64,000 nt of DNA from NCBI GenBank assembly GCA_029265905.1, contig JAJUGR010000008.1:12194-76193 (forward strand), given 5' to 3'. Below, one piece after another: positions 8,555-17,807 of the stretch (positions within the stretch are counted from its first letter, which is position 1; each line of letters opens with the position of its first letter). The stretch comes from Sporomusaceae bacterium (lineage in GTDB: Bacteria > Bacillota > Negativicutes > Acidaminococcales > JAJUGR01). Below the pieces are notes generated by a model. The model had not been told where the DNA came from and did not search any database. It was given only the letters and a program-made list of their open reading frames with translations. The position numbers were made by a program, and so were the translations under genes.

Positions 8555-8679
8555 TGGGTTCGCTCAGCATGAGGCTTGGTCAACTGGAAGGAATAGGGCA
8601 AAGGAATTCGTTTGGCAAGCGCGAATAGTGTAGGGAGCCTATGCGGCAAGACGGGCCGATTGGTGCTCGGGAGGGAAAG

Positions 8680-10638
8680 ATGACAGGGAAAATATTCAAA
8701 ATCTTCATTGTATTGTTTTTTATGCTGCCCGCTTCCGTCTTCGCTGAAAATGGCGGGAGCGCCAAGCACCGCTTCGTCTTCGCGGGCGACGAAAAGTTTC
8801 CGCCCTACGAATATGTGGAGGAGGTTGGCGCGGAACGCATTTTCCGCGGCTTCAACGTCGACATCATGCGGGCGATCGCGCTGGAAATGAAGGTGGAGAT
8901 CGATTTGCTGCCCATGCCGTGGGCGGAAGCGCGCGACATGCTTGAGCAGGGGCGCGTGGACGCCATCCAAGGCATGAAGTATGATGAAGCGCGTGCGGCT
9001 AAGTACGATTATTCCGAACCTTATTTGACGACCGCGCACGCCCTGTTTGTGCGCCGCGATTCGCCGGCCAAGGACATGCAGGATTTGAAGGGCAAGCGGG
9101 TGGCGACGCAAAGCGGCGACATTGCCAGCCGCTATATTGCCGAGACCTACAACATTGAGCAAGTATCAGTGGGCAGCCAGGAAGAGGCCATTGCGCTCCT
9201 GGTGGCAGGAAAGGTCGAAGGGGCGGTTGTCAACAAGCTGGCCGGCCAGTATGTGCTGTATATAAAGGGCGAGCTGGAGCAGGCGAAATTGATCGGCGCG
9301 GATATCAATCCGGCCCAGTATGCTGTGGCGGTGCGCAAAGGCGATGTTGAAACGCTGGCGGTCGTCAACCGTGGGCTGCAGGAGATTAAGAAAAATGGAA
9401 CCTACCAAAAGATTTATGAAAAATGGTTCGGCAAGCCGATCGAGTATCCGCAGGTGTATTACATGGCCCGGCTCAAGCAGGCGCTTGTGGGCCTGGTCGG
9501 CCTGCTGGCGCTAGCGGTCGGACTCGGTTACATCAACTACCTCTTGCGCCGGGAGGTGCGCCGGCGCACCTGCAAAATTGAAATGATGAATCAGGAATTA
9601 ATGAAAGCCAATAAGTATGTTGAGAACGAAAACCGCTTAAAGACGCGGCTGTTAAACAGCGGCTACAGCGGCATCGTTGAGATTGATGCTTCCGGCCACG
9701 TCCTGTACATCAATAAATACGTCGAGGAGCAGCTGGGCGTAACCTTGCGGGTCGGCGAAGACTACCGCGCCAACCCGCTCTTGCAGCAGCTGCTGACGGC
9801 GGAAAATGGCGGGTTGAAGCTGGAGGATCGCGGCGAAACGCGCTTCCAGGAGATGGTGTTATCCTATTGCATTATCAACCTGGCGGATGACGATGTGGGG
9901 CGGGGCGTTGTCCTTCACATCCGCGATATTACGGAAGATCACAAACTGAGGCAGCAAATTGTGCAGATGGACCGCATGGAAGTGCTGGGCGCTTTGACGG
10001 CCGGCATTGCGCACGAAATCAGGACGCCGCTGACGTCAATCAAGAATTTTGCCACCTTGCTGCCGGCAAAATACGACAATCCGGTTTTCCGGGACAAAGC
10101 GCAATGCCATGTGCCTGAGGAAGTGAACCGGATTTGCCAGCTGGTGAACCAGCTGCTTGATTATTCCCAGCCCCGCAGCCCCGTGCCCCGCCTGATTTCG
10201 GGGGAAGAGATCTGGGCGACGCTCATGTTCACGGTTGAAAATTATGCCTATGACAAGCAGATTCAATTCGTCAAGACTGAGGACAAGCCTTGGGTCGTCT
10301 ACGCCGACAAGCAACAATTGCAGCAGGTTTTGCTGAACATTATGATTAACGCCATCGATGCGGTGGCTGATGTGGCGAAACCGGTGATTCAGTTCAGCAG
10401 CCACGTTTGCGAAGCGGATATCGTACTTGTCATTGCCGACAATGGCAGCGGCATGGAAGAGGAAACAAAGGCGCGCGCTTTTAATCCGTTCTTTACGACG
10501 AAAGGGAAAGGGACCGGTCTGGGATTGGCAGTCAGCCAGCAGCTGGTCCGCGAGAACCGCGGCGAAATCTGGCTGGAAAGTGAAAAAGGCAAAGGGACGA
10601 AGTTTATGATTCGCCTGCCGATGGAAGGTGCACGATGA
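8680..10638 (+). CDS. sensor histidine kinase with extracytoplasmic solute-binding (amino-acid-binding type) domain
   Basis: Signal/TM segment, then a ~230-aa region resembling family-3 solute-binding proteins (FAGDEKFPPYEY...DAIQGM...RVATQSGD). This is followed by a second TM, a PAS-like region, the HisKA H-box (AHEIRTPLTSI) and HATPase N/G boxes (NAIDA, DNGSGM, GTGLGLA). Start set to ATG 8680 after GGGAGGGA. Confidence 0.88.
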   Translation: MTGKIFKIFIVLFFMLPASVFAENGGSAKHRFVFAGDEKFPPYEYVEEVGAERIFRGFNVDIMRAIALEMKVEIDLLPMPWAEARDMLEQGRVDAIQGMKYDEARAAKYDYSEPYLTTAHALFVRRDSPAKDMQDLKGKRVATQSGDIASRYIAETYNIEQVSVGSQEEAIALLVAGKVEGAVVNKLAGQYVLYIKGELEQAKLIGADINPAQYAVAVRKGDVETLAVVNRGLQEIKKNGTYQKIYEKWFGKPIEYPQVYYMARLKQALVGLVGLLALAVGLGYINYLLRREVRRRTCKIEMMNQELMKANKYVENENRLKTRLLNSGYSGIVEIDASGHVLYINKYVEEQLGVTLRVGEDYRANPLLQQLLTAENGGLKLEDRGETRFQEMVLSYCIINLADDDVGRGVVLHIRDITEDHKLRQQIVQMDRMEVLGALTAGIAHEIRTPLTSIKNFATLLPAKYDNPVFRDKAQCHVPEEVNRICQLVNQLLDYSQPRSPVPRLISGEEIWATLMFTVENYAYDKQIQFVKTEDKPWVVYADKQQLQQVLLNIMINAIDAVADVAKPVIQFSSHVCEADIVLVIADNGSGMEEETKARAFNPFFTTKGKGTGLGLAVSQQLVRENRGEIWLESEKGKGTKFMIRLPMEGAR

Positions 10639-11996
10639 ATAAGATTTTGATTGCCGATGACGATCAAGCGATTAATGTGTCGCTGGCGTTCGCCTTGGAA
10701 GACGAATATGACGTCAGAACGGCGCTTGATGAACAGGCGGTGAAGGCTGCGCTGGAAAAAGAAACGATTGATGTTGTGCTGCTCGACCAGCGCTTCGGCG
10801 AATGCGACGGCATTGAGCTGCTGAAATGGATAAAACAGACTTACCCTGACACTTGCGTCATCATGATGACGGCTTACGGCAGCATTCACACGTCTGTGGA
10901 AGCGATGGCCAGAGGGGCGTACTACTACCTCACCAAGCCGGTCGCCGTGGACGACCTGCTGCTTTTATTGAAGCGGGCGACTGAGCTGCTCAGTTTGCAG
11001 CAGCGGGTGGAAAGCTTGCAAGAACAGCTGGCCGGGCAAACAGGCGGCATTGTCGGCAAGAGCCAGGCCATAAAAGAAGTACTCGGCTTCATTGATAAAG
11101 TCAAAGACGCCGATGCCAATGTCTTTGTTGCGGGAGAAAGCGGCACCGGCAAGGAACTCATTGCCAGGGCGATCCACTACACCGGCAAGCGCCAGGCGCA
11201 GCCTTTTATCGTGCTCAATTGCGCGGCCGTACCGGAGCAGTTGATGGAAAGCGAGCTGTTCGGCTATGTCCGGGGGGCCTTCACAGGCGCTGGGCAGAAG
11301 CGGCGCGGCGCTTTTGAGCTGGCCGACAAGGGCACGCTGTTTTTGGATGAAATCTGCGAAATGGCCTACCCGCTTCAAGCCAAGCTGCTGCGCGTCGTGC
11401 AGGAAAAGCAGCTTACGCCGCTAGGGGCGGAAGCGCCGCGCAACATTGATGTGCGGATTATTTGCGCGACTAATCGCGAGATTGAAACCGAGGTCAGGGA
11501 GGGGCGCTTCCGGGCCGATTTGTACTACCGGCTCAATGTGCTGCGCATTCAGGCGCCGCCGTTGCGGCAAAGACGCGAAGACATCCCGATGCTTGCGCAA
11601 TACTTTTTGGATAAATACAACCGCCTGTGCGGGAAAAAGGTTCCCGGCTTTACTGAAGCGGCGCTGAAGGCGCTTCTGGAGTACGGTTTTCCCGGCAACG
11701 TGCGGGAGTTGGAAAATGTCGTAGAACGCGGCGTTATCTTGTCTGCCGGCGAACATATTGATTTCAATAAAATCGTCGGTGTGGAAGCTTGTAAAGAAGC
11801 CGCTGATTGCTTGTTTGGCGTCGAAGTTGGCGAACCGCTCAGCAAGGTTGAGAAGGCGTTTATTTTGCTGACTCTGCAGAAAATGGAAGGGAACAAGCGG
11901 AAAACCGCCGAGGTATTGGGGCTTAGTGAACGGGCTTTGCGCTATAAGCTCCAGGAGTATAAGGCGGAGTCGGAAAAAAGTGCCGGCAGGCAGTAA
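10635..11996 (+). CDS. sigma-54-dependent response regulator (NtrC/AtoC-type enhancer-binding protein)
   Basis: REC domain (ILIADDD...DVVLLDQ), AAA+ domain with Walker A GESGTGKE and the sigma-54 contact loop GAFTGA (YVRGAFTGA), and a C-terminal Fis-type HTH. The ATGA overlap with the kinase stop suggests translational coupling. Confidence 0.93.
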   Translation: MNKILIADDDQAINVSLAFALEDEYDVRTALDEQAVKAALEKETIDVVLLDQRFGECDGIELLKWIKQTYPDTCVIMMTAYGSIHTSVEAMARGAYYYLTKPVAVDDLLLLLKRATELLSLQQRVESLQEQLAGQTGGIVGKSQAIKEVLGFIDKVKDADANVFVAGESGTGKELIARAIHYTGKRQAQPFIVLNCAAVPEQLMESELFGYVRGAFTGAGQKRRGAFELADKGTLFLDEICEMAYPLQAKLLRVVQEKQLTPLGAEAPRNIDVRIICATNREIETEVREGRFRADLYYRLNVLRIQAPPLRQRREDIPMLAQYFLDKYNRLCGKKVPGFTEAALKALLEYGFPGNVRELENVVERGVILSAGEHIDFNKIVGVEACKEAADCLFGVEVGEPLSKVEKAFILLTLQKMEGNKRKTAEVLGLSERALRYKLQEYKAESEKSAGRQ

Positions 11997-12049
11997 GAAT
12001 TGCCGCCGGGATTACGCTCGCATGGGGAAAACAAATGAAGGAAGGGCGG

Positions 12050-12062
12050 CGGCAGATTGCCG
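12050..12062. promoter_or_regulatory. candidate upstream activator site (palindrome CGGCA-N3-TGCCG)
   Basis: CGGCAGATTGCCG lies ~55 nt upstream of the -24 element at 12115. A related half-site AATTGCCG is at 11998-12005. Confidence 0.3.
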
Positions 12063-12114
12063 AAGACCCTTGTGTTAAGCGTGTTGACGCTCTCTTGTCA
12101 GGCGAAGAGGGTGT

Positions 12115-12130
12115 TGGCACGCTTTTTGCA
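12115..12130 (+). promoter_or_regulatory. sigma-54 (-24/-12) promoter P1
   Basis: Exact consensus TGGCAC-gcttt-TTGCA in intergenic DNA, ~77 nt upstream of the MFS start codon and directly downstream of a sigma-54 EBP gene. Confidence 0.8.
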
Positions 12131-12207
12131 TTAATGAACTTGGCAAGCGAGACCGCACTGCTGCCTGTTGAATTTTTTGGCAAGCTTTGAGACAAGGGGA
12201 TGGGGAA

Positions 12208-13545
12208 ATGGCGACGATGAACGGCGGGAAGCGATGGCTCATTGCGGCAATGGGGACGCTGCTGCAGATGGCGCTCGGCACCGTGTATGCCTGGAGCTTC
12301 TTCCAGCAACCGGTCATGGCACTGGGCAACTGGTCAAATGCGCAGGTGTCTTGGGCGTTTAGCCTGGCAATCTTTTTTCTCGGCATTGCGGCCGCTTGGG
12401 GCGGGATCAAGCTTCCCGCCATAGGGCCGCGCAAACTGGCGATGTCAGGCGGCTTTCTGTTTGCCTGCGGCTATTTTATCACGGCGTATGCGCTGACGGC
12501 CAAAAGCCTGCCGTTGCTTTATGCCGGCTACGGCGTCGTCGGCGGCATCGGGCTGGGGCTGGGCTATGTGACGCCGGTATCGACGGTTGCCAAATGGTTT
12601 CCGGATAAAAAAGGCTTGGTTACCGGCCTGGTCGTCATGGGGTTTGGCTTTGGCGCTCTGGTCATGGCCAAGGTGCTTGCCCCCTTCTTGCTGTCGCTAT
12701 GCGGCGGCAACCTCGGTTTGGTCTTTGCGTCGGTTGGTGCTGTCATGCTGCTTGTTACCTTGCCGTCCGGCTTTTGCTTGGTCAATCCGCCGTCAGGCTT
12801 TGCGCCGGTTGGCGACCGGGCGCAGCGGGCGGCGAAACCGCAAGCTCTGCCGGCGCCGGCGACCGCCGCGCAATGCCTTGCTTCCGGCCGCTTTGCCATG
12901 ATGTGGAGCGTTTTCTTTTTCAACATTACGGCCGGAATCATGTTCATAGGCTTTCAATCGCCGCTGCTGCAGGATTTGATGAAAAAATCGCTTGACCCGT
13001 TGTCTTTGCGTGACCCGCAGGTGGTCGCCACGCTCGCTGGGTACGGGGCGACGCTGATCGCCGTCAGTTCAATCTTCAACGGCGTTGGACGGTTTTTTTG
13101 GGGCGGGCTGTCTGATCGGATTGGCCGGGTCCAGGCCTTTAGGCTGATTTTAGGCTCGCAGCTGGCTGTTTTTGCCGCCCTGCTGTTTGTGGACAGCCCT
13201 ATCGTCTTCGGGGGGCTGGTTTGCTACATCCTGCTTTGCTACGGCGGTGGTTTTGGCGCCATGCCGTCATTTATCCTGGACACGTTCGGCGAAAAGCTGA
13301 TGCCGGTTGCCTACGGGGCCGTGCTGACGGCTTGGGGCTGCGGCGGCATCGTCGGCCCGCAGCTGGTGGCCTACCTGAAAGACCATTATCCGCAAAACGC
13401 CGCCCACTATGCTTTCCTGTCGGCGGCGGGTTTTTTGCTGATCGGTTTGCTCATTTCCTTTGTGTTGGACAATAAGCAGTTCATTTCGGGCGGCAAATCC
13501 GCAACTGCTTCGGCGCGCTGGCAAACAGAGACGCTGAAGCGGTGA
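12208..13545 (+). CDS. MFS transporter, oxalate/formate antiporter (OFA)-like
   Basis: ~445 aa with about 12 predicted TM segments. The N-terminus [22 protein letters not shown] matches the OFA-family signature region as I remember it. Start set to ATG 12208 after AAGGGGA. Confidence 0.8.
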   Translation: MATMNGGKRWLIAAMGTLLQMALGTVYAWSFFQQPVMALGNWSNAQVSWAFSLAIFFLGIAAAWGGIKLPAIGPRKLAMSGGFLFACGYFITAYALTAKSLPLLYAGYGVVGGIGLGLGYVTPVSTVAKWFPDKKGLVTGLVVMGFGFGALVMAKVLAPFLLSLCGGNLGLVFASVGAVMLLVTLPSGFCLVNPPSGFAPVGDRAQRAAKPQALPAPATAAQCLASGRFAMMWSVFFFNITAGIMFIGFQSPLLQDLMKKSLDPLSLRDPQVVATLAGYGATLIAVSSIFNGVGRFFWGGLSDRIGRVQAFRLILGSQLAVFAALLFVDSPIVFGGLVCYILLCYGGGFGAMPSFILDTFGEKLMPVAYGAVLTAWGCGGIVGPQLVAYLKDHYPQNAAHYAFLSAAGFLLIGLLISFVLDNKQFISGGKSATASARWQTETLKR

Positions 13546-13582
13546 CTGTGGAATCAATAATATTGGAAAGGGAGTATTGCAG

Positions 13583-15250
13583 ATGAAAAGCGATGTTGAA
13601 ATTGCCCAAGCGGCGGAGATGAAGCCCGTTGCACAGGTTGCCGCAGAACTTGGCTTGCTGGAGGACGATATTGAGTTGTTCGGCAAATACAAAGCCAAGG
13701 TTTCGTTAGCTGCCTGGGAGCGGCTGAAAGACCGCGCGGACGGCAAGGTTGTCCTGGTTAGCGCTATTAATCCGACGCCGGCGGGCGAGGGGAAGACGAC
13801 CAATACGGTGGGGCTTGGCGATGCGTTGCGGCGATTAGGAAAGAAAGTTGTCATCGCGCTGCGCGAACCTTCGCTCGGACCGTGTTTTGGCGTGAAGGGG
13901 GGCGCCGCGGGCGGGGGCTATGCCCAGGTAGTGCCGATGGAAGACATCAACCTGCATTTCACCGGCGACATTCATGCCGTGACGACCGCCAACAACTTGT
14001 TGGCCGCGGTCATCGACAACCATATCCACCATGGAAATTTGTTGGGGATTGATCCGCGGCGGATAACCTGGCGCCGCGTTATGGATTTGAATGAACGGGC
14101 GCTGCGGCATATTGTCCTCGGCCTCGGTGGAAAGGCGAACGGCATTCCCCGGGAGGGTGGCTTTGACATTTCCGTCGCCTCTGAGCTGATGGCTATTCTC
14201 TGCCTGGCGAGCGACCTGGATGACATGAAGGCGCGGATTAGCCGCATCATCGTTGCCTACACGTACGGCAACGCGCCAGTTACGGTGGCCGACCTGAATG
14301 TGGCTGGGGCGATTACGCTCTTGTTCAAGGATGCGATCAAGCCCAATTTAGTTCAGACGCTGGAAAATACGCCAGCCTTTGTTCATGGCGGACCATTTGC
14401 CAACATCGCGCACGGCTGCAACAGCGTGATGGCCACGAAGTTTGCCCTGAAATTAGCGGATGTTGTTGTGACGGAAGCGGGTTTTGGCGCTGACCTGGGG
14501 GCGGAGAAATTTTTTGATATCAAGTGCCGGTTTTCCGGCCTGAAGCCGGAGGCTGTTGTGCTGGTTGCGACGATTCGCGCGCTCAAATCACACGGCGGCG
14601 TTGAAAAAGGCAATTTAGGGAAAGAAAATATGCCGGCATTGGAAAAAGGCATGGCCAACCTCGTCAAGCATATTGAGAATATCGGGAAATTTGGCCTGCC
14701 GGCCGTAGTCGCGATTAATGCCTTCCCTACCGATACAGAACAGGAATTGGCTTGGGTGGAAGCGGCCTGCGGGAAGCTGGGCGTCAGGGTGGCTTTGTCC
14801 AAGGTGTGGGAAAAAGGCGGCGAGGGCGGAAAAGCGTTGGCGCAGGCTGTGCTGGCCGCGCTCGATGAGCCGAAAGAATTTCGCTATTTGTATGACGAAA
14901 CGCTGCCGATCAAAGAAAAAATAGCCGCGATTGCCCAAGAAATATATGGCGCCGATGGCGTTCGCTATACCCCGGCAGCCGAAAAGACAATCAAAGAGCT
15001 GACTGCCCTGGGGTACGACAAGACGCCGATTTGCATGGCCAAAACCCAGTATTCGTTCAGCGATGATCCGGCTAAGATCGGCCGGCCGCAACATTTCGAC
15101 ATTACTGTACGGGAGTTGCGCGTTTCGGCCGGCGCCGGCTTTTTGGTCGCGGTAACCGGCGACATCATGACGATGCCAGGCCTGCCGAAAAAGCCGGCCG
15201 CCGAGGTCATGGACATCGACAATAACGGGAAAATATCCGGCCTCTTTTGA
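13583..15250 (+). CDS. fhs: formate-tetrahydrofolate ligase
   Basis: 555 aa. SDVEIAQ...[10 protein letters not shown] (P-loop)...[13 protein letters not shown] are hallmark Fhs motifs. ATG at 13583 follows AAAGGGAG. Confidence 0.95.
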   Translation: MKSDVEIAQAAEMKPVAQVAAELGLLEDDIELFGKYKAKVSLAAWERLKDRADGKVVLVSAINPTPAGEGKTTNTVGLGDALRRLGKKVVIALREPSLGPCFGVKGGAAGGGYAQVVPMEDINLHFTGDIHAVTTANNLLAAVIDNHIHHGNLLGIDPRRITWRRVMDLNERALRHIVLGLGGKANGIPREGGFDISVASELMAILCLASDLDDMKARISRIIVAYTYGNAPVTVADLNVAGAITLLFKDAIKPNLVQTLENTPAFVHGGPFANIAHGCNSVMATKFALKLADVVVTEAGFGADLGAEKFFDIKCRFSGLKPEAVVLVATIRALKSHGGVEKGNLGKENMPALEKGMANLVKHIENIGKFGLPAVVAINAFPTDTEQELAWVEAACGKLGVRVALSKVWEKGGEGGKALAQAVLAALDEPKEFRYLYDETLPIKEKIAAIAQEIYGADGVRYTPAAEKTIKELTALGYDKTPICMAKTQYSFSDDPAKIGRPQHFDITVRELRVSAGAGFLVAVTGDIMTMPGLPKKPAAEVMDIDNNGKISGLF

Positions 15251-15274
15251 AGCAAGCGATGCTTGGCTGAGTGG

Positions 15275-15289
15275 CGGCAAATTTTGCCG
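15275..15289. promoter_or_regulatory. candidate upstream activator site (palindrome CGGCA-N5-TGCCG)
   Basis: CGGCAAATTTTGCCG lies ~130 nt upstream of the -24 element at 15417. A further half-site ATTTGCCG ends at 15310. Confidence 0.3.
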
Positions 15290-15416
15290 TTGTGGGGGAA
15301 AAATTTGCCGCATGTATTTAACGGCGTGCGGAAAAATCTGACTAATTTACAATCCTGCGCGCAGAAGGCCCTTGCTGGCAAGGGGCTTGGCGAAGATTGT
15401 GCCTGGGTCAAGGGGT

Positions 15417-15432
15417 TGGCACGTTTTTTGCA
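15417..15432 (+). promoter_or_regulatory. sigma-54 (-24/-12) promoter P2
   Basis: Exact consensus TGGCAC-gtttt-TTGCA, ~48 nt upstream of the formimidoyltransferase start. Confidence 0.8.
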
Positions 15433-15480
15433 TAAGGGTTAGGCGAGATAATCATCAGCAATAGTGAAGGGGTGGGCAGT

Positions 15481-16377
15481 GTGGCAAAATTAGTGGAGTG
15501 TGTACCGAATTTCAGCGAGGGGCGCCGGCCGGAGGTCATCGAGGCGATTACGGCGGAAGTGAAGGCAGTACCGGGCGTAAAACTGTTGGATGTAAACCCG
15601 GACCCCAGCCATAACCGCGTGGTGGTAACGTTCGTTGGCGAGCCGGAAGCGGTCAAGCTAGCCGCCTTCCGGGCCTGCAGCAAGGCGACCGAGTTAATTG
15701 ATATGGAAAAACATGAAGGCGAGCACCCGCGCATTGGTGCGACCGACGTCATTCCGTTTATTCCTGTCAAGGATGTGACAATGGAGGAATGCGTGGCTTT
15801 GGCGCAGTCGCTGGGTGAGGAGATCGCCGACAAGCTGGGGATTCCGATTTATTTGTACGAGGATGCCGCCAAAATTCCGACGCGCCGGGCATTGCCGGAT
15901 ATCCGCAAAGGACAGTATGAGGGCCTGAAGCAGGAAATCAGCAAACCGGAACGGCATCCGGATTTCGGGGCGCCCAAAATGCATCCCACTGCTGGCGCCA
16001 CGGTTGTAGGGGCCCGCCAGTTCCTGGTTGCCTTCAACATCAATCTCAGCACGAGCGATGTGCAGATCGCCAAAAAAATCGCCAGCACGATTCGGGAAGC
16101 CAAAGGCGGCTACAAATATTGCCGGGCGATGGGCGTTATGATCGAAGAACGGAACCTGGCGCAAGTTACGATCAATATGATCAATTACACCGGTACGCCG
16201 TTGCACAGGGTCTTTGAAACGGTCAAATCGGAAGCGGCCCGCTATGGGGTCAACGTGGTTGGCAGTGAAATTATCGGTTTGACGCCGCTGCAAGCGCTGC
16301 TGGATGCGGCTGACTTCTACTTGCGGCTGGAAGGGTTTGACCGCAAGCAGGTTCTGGAAGAGAACATCTACGAGTAA
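15481..16377 (+). CDS. ftcD: glutamate formimidoyltransferase
   Basis: The N-terminus AKLVECVPNFSEGRRPEVI is the signature start of the FTCD formiminotransferase domain. ~298 aa covers both FT subdomains. GTG start at 15481 lies 8 nt after GAAGGGG (15472 is an alternative). Confidence 0.9.
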   Translation: MAKLVECVPNFSEGRRPEVIEAITAEVKAVPGVKLLDVNPDPSHNRVVVTFVGEPEAVKLAAFRACSKATELIDMEKHEGEHPRIGATDVIPFIPVKDVTMEECVALAQSLGEEIADKLGIPIYLYEDAAKIPTRRALPDIRKGQYEGLKQEISKPERHPDFGAPKMHPTAGATVVGARQFLVAFNINLSTSDVQIAKKIASTIREAKGGYKYCRAMGVMIEERNLAQVTINMINYTGTPLHRVFETVKSEAARYGVNVVGSEIIGLTPLQALLDAADFYLRLEGFDRKQVLEENIYE

Positions 16378-16390
16378 GGGGAGGCAGACT

Positions 16391-17020
16391 ATGCTGGTCG
16401 AGATGACAATCAAGGAATTTCTGTCGGCGTTAAAATCGGATGCGGCCGCTCCGGGCGGCGGCAGCGCTGCAGCCTTAGCCGGAGCGGTGGGGGCTGCGCT
16501 GGCGCTGATGGTCGGAAATCTGACCCTAGGCAATTCGAAGTACCCGGAAGCGCAAGATGAGGTTGCGGCCTTGCAGCCGCAGCTAGAAGCGTGTCTGGCA
16601 AAGCTGGAACGCTATATCGACGAAGACACCGAGGCGTTCAACCGGGTAATGGACGCTTACCGCCTGCCGAAGGCGACGGAGGAAGAAAAGCAAGCCCGCA
16701 GTCAAGCCATTCAAGAAGCCTTGCAGCAAGCGGCCGTACTGCCAATGACCGTGGCGGAGACGAGTCAGGAGGTGTTGGTAATGGCGCGGCGGATGCTGGC
16801 GATCGGCAACAGCAATGCCGCCAGCGATGCGGCTGTCGCCGGGCGGATGGCGCATACGGCCATGTGGGCGGCAATTTATAATGTGCGGATCAACTTAGGC
16901 TCAATCAAGGATCAGGCGTTTGTAGCCGCGATGAAAAAGCGGATTGACGATGTCAGTGCAAAAGCGGCGGATGTTTTGGCAGCTTTGCTGACTGAAGCGG
17001 ACGGCAAAATCGGCAGTTGA
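16391..17020 (+). CDS. cyclodeaminase/cyclohydrolase-family protein (formimidoyl-THF cyclodeaminase or FchA-type methenyl-THF cyclohydrolase)
   Basis: 209-aa all-helical protein. FLSALKSDAAAPGGGSAAALAGAVGAALALMV is the conserved N-terminal motif of the FTCD C-terminal domain family. AGGGGAGG RBS. Start at 16391, not the ORF-track 16304. Confidence 0.85.
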   Translation: MLVEMTIKEFLSALKSDAAAPGGGSAAALAGAVGAALALMVGNLTLGNSKYPEAQDEVAALQPQLEACLAKLERYIDEDTEAFNRVMDAYRLPKATEEEKQARSQAIQEALQQAAVLPMTVAETSQEVLVMARRMLAIGNSNAASDAAVAGRMAHTAMWAAIYNVRINLGSIKDQAFVAAMKKRIDDVSAKAADVLAALLTEADGKIGS

Positions 17021-17085
17021 GGCGTCCGCCGGCAGGGACAAAGCGCCGCAACAAGGCCGTCTAGGGCGGAAAGCGAGGGATAGGG

Positions 17086-17688
17086 ATGAAGATCACGGTG
17101 ATTAATGAAGCGGCCGCCAGCACGTCAGTATGGTCGGGCGGAACCAGCAGGCAATACTACATTTTCCCTCCATCAGCTTCGTATGGAGAACGGAATTTTG
17201 CTTTTCGGATGAGCCTGGCAACGTCCTCCTCTGAGGCTGAGGCGCCATACAGCAACCTCGAAAACATCACGCGCCACTTGGTTATGCTCGACGGCGCGGC
17301 GCACGTTGTTCACAAGGGCCATTATGAGCTGGATATGCATCCCTATGCGGAAATCGATGTCTTTGATGGCGGGTGGGAGTCATCAGGCACGGGCAAAGTC
17401 ACGGATTTTAACCTGATGGTTGCTAAAGGGGTTCACGGCCGCATGTCGGTCATTGCCGAAGACAAGACGGTTGACTTGGGCGGCGGCTGTGAGCAGTGCT
17501 CGAAGCGCTATAATAGAACGGCATTCTTCTGCGGTTCTGGCAGCGCTTCCCTCGTTTTTTCAACCGGAGAAACCTTTCGCCTGGACAAGGGGGCCTTGCT
17601 GCTTGTGGAGGAGATGCCAGACGCTTCGCGCGTTGCGGTTGGCCTTTCCGAGGCAAAACTGGTGCGGATGGATGTTTGCTGCCATTAA
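17086..17688 (+). CDS. hutD: HutD/Ves-family protein
   Basis: 200 aa. WSGGTSRQYYIFP near the N-terminus and the overall beta-rich cupin-like pattern resemble HutD. The context next to formiminoglutamate genes supports the call. Confidence 0.6.
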   Translation: MKITVINEAAASTSVWSGGTSRQYYIFPPSASYGERNFAFRMSLATSSSEAEAPYSNLENITRHLVMLDGAAHVVHKGHYELDMHPYAEIDVFDGGWESSGTGKVTDFNLMVAKGVHGRMSVIAEDKTVDLGGGCEQCSKRYNRTAFFCGSGSASLVFSTGETFRLDKGALLLVEEMPDASRVAVGLSEAKLVRMDVCCH

Positions 17689-17807
17689 GCCCGGTGCGAA
17701 CAAAAGGAGGGGGAGCGAGCAGGGGCGTGGACGGATAGCCTGCACAACTGACGACGGACAACGATTCGGTACGCTACAGCCCAATCTAGAAAAGGACGGT
17801 GAGAATA

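Noticed and set aside
15371-15382. Palindrome CTTGC-TG-GCAAG just upstream of sigma-54 promoter P2, considered as an IHF or regulator site.
   Set aside because: It is only 5-bp arms and does not resemble the IHF consensus. It is mentioned only as part of the TGGCAAG-like word cluster.
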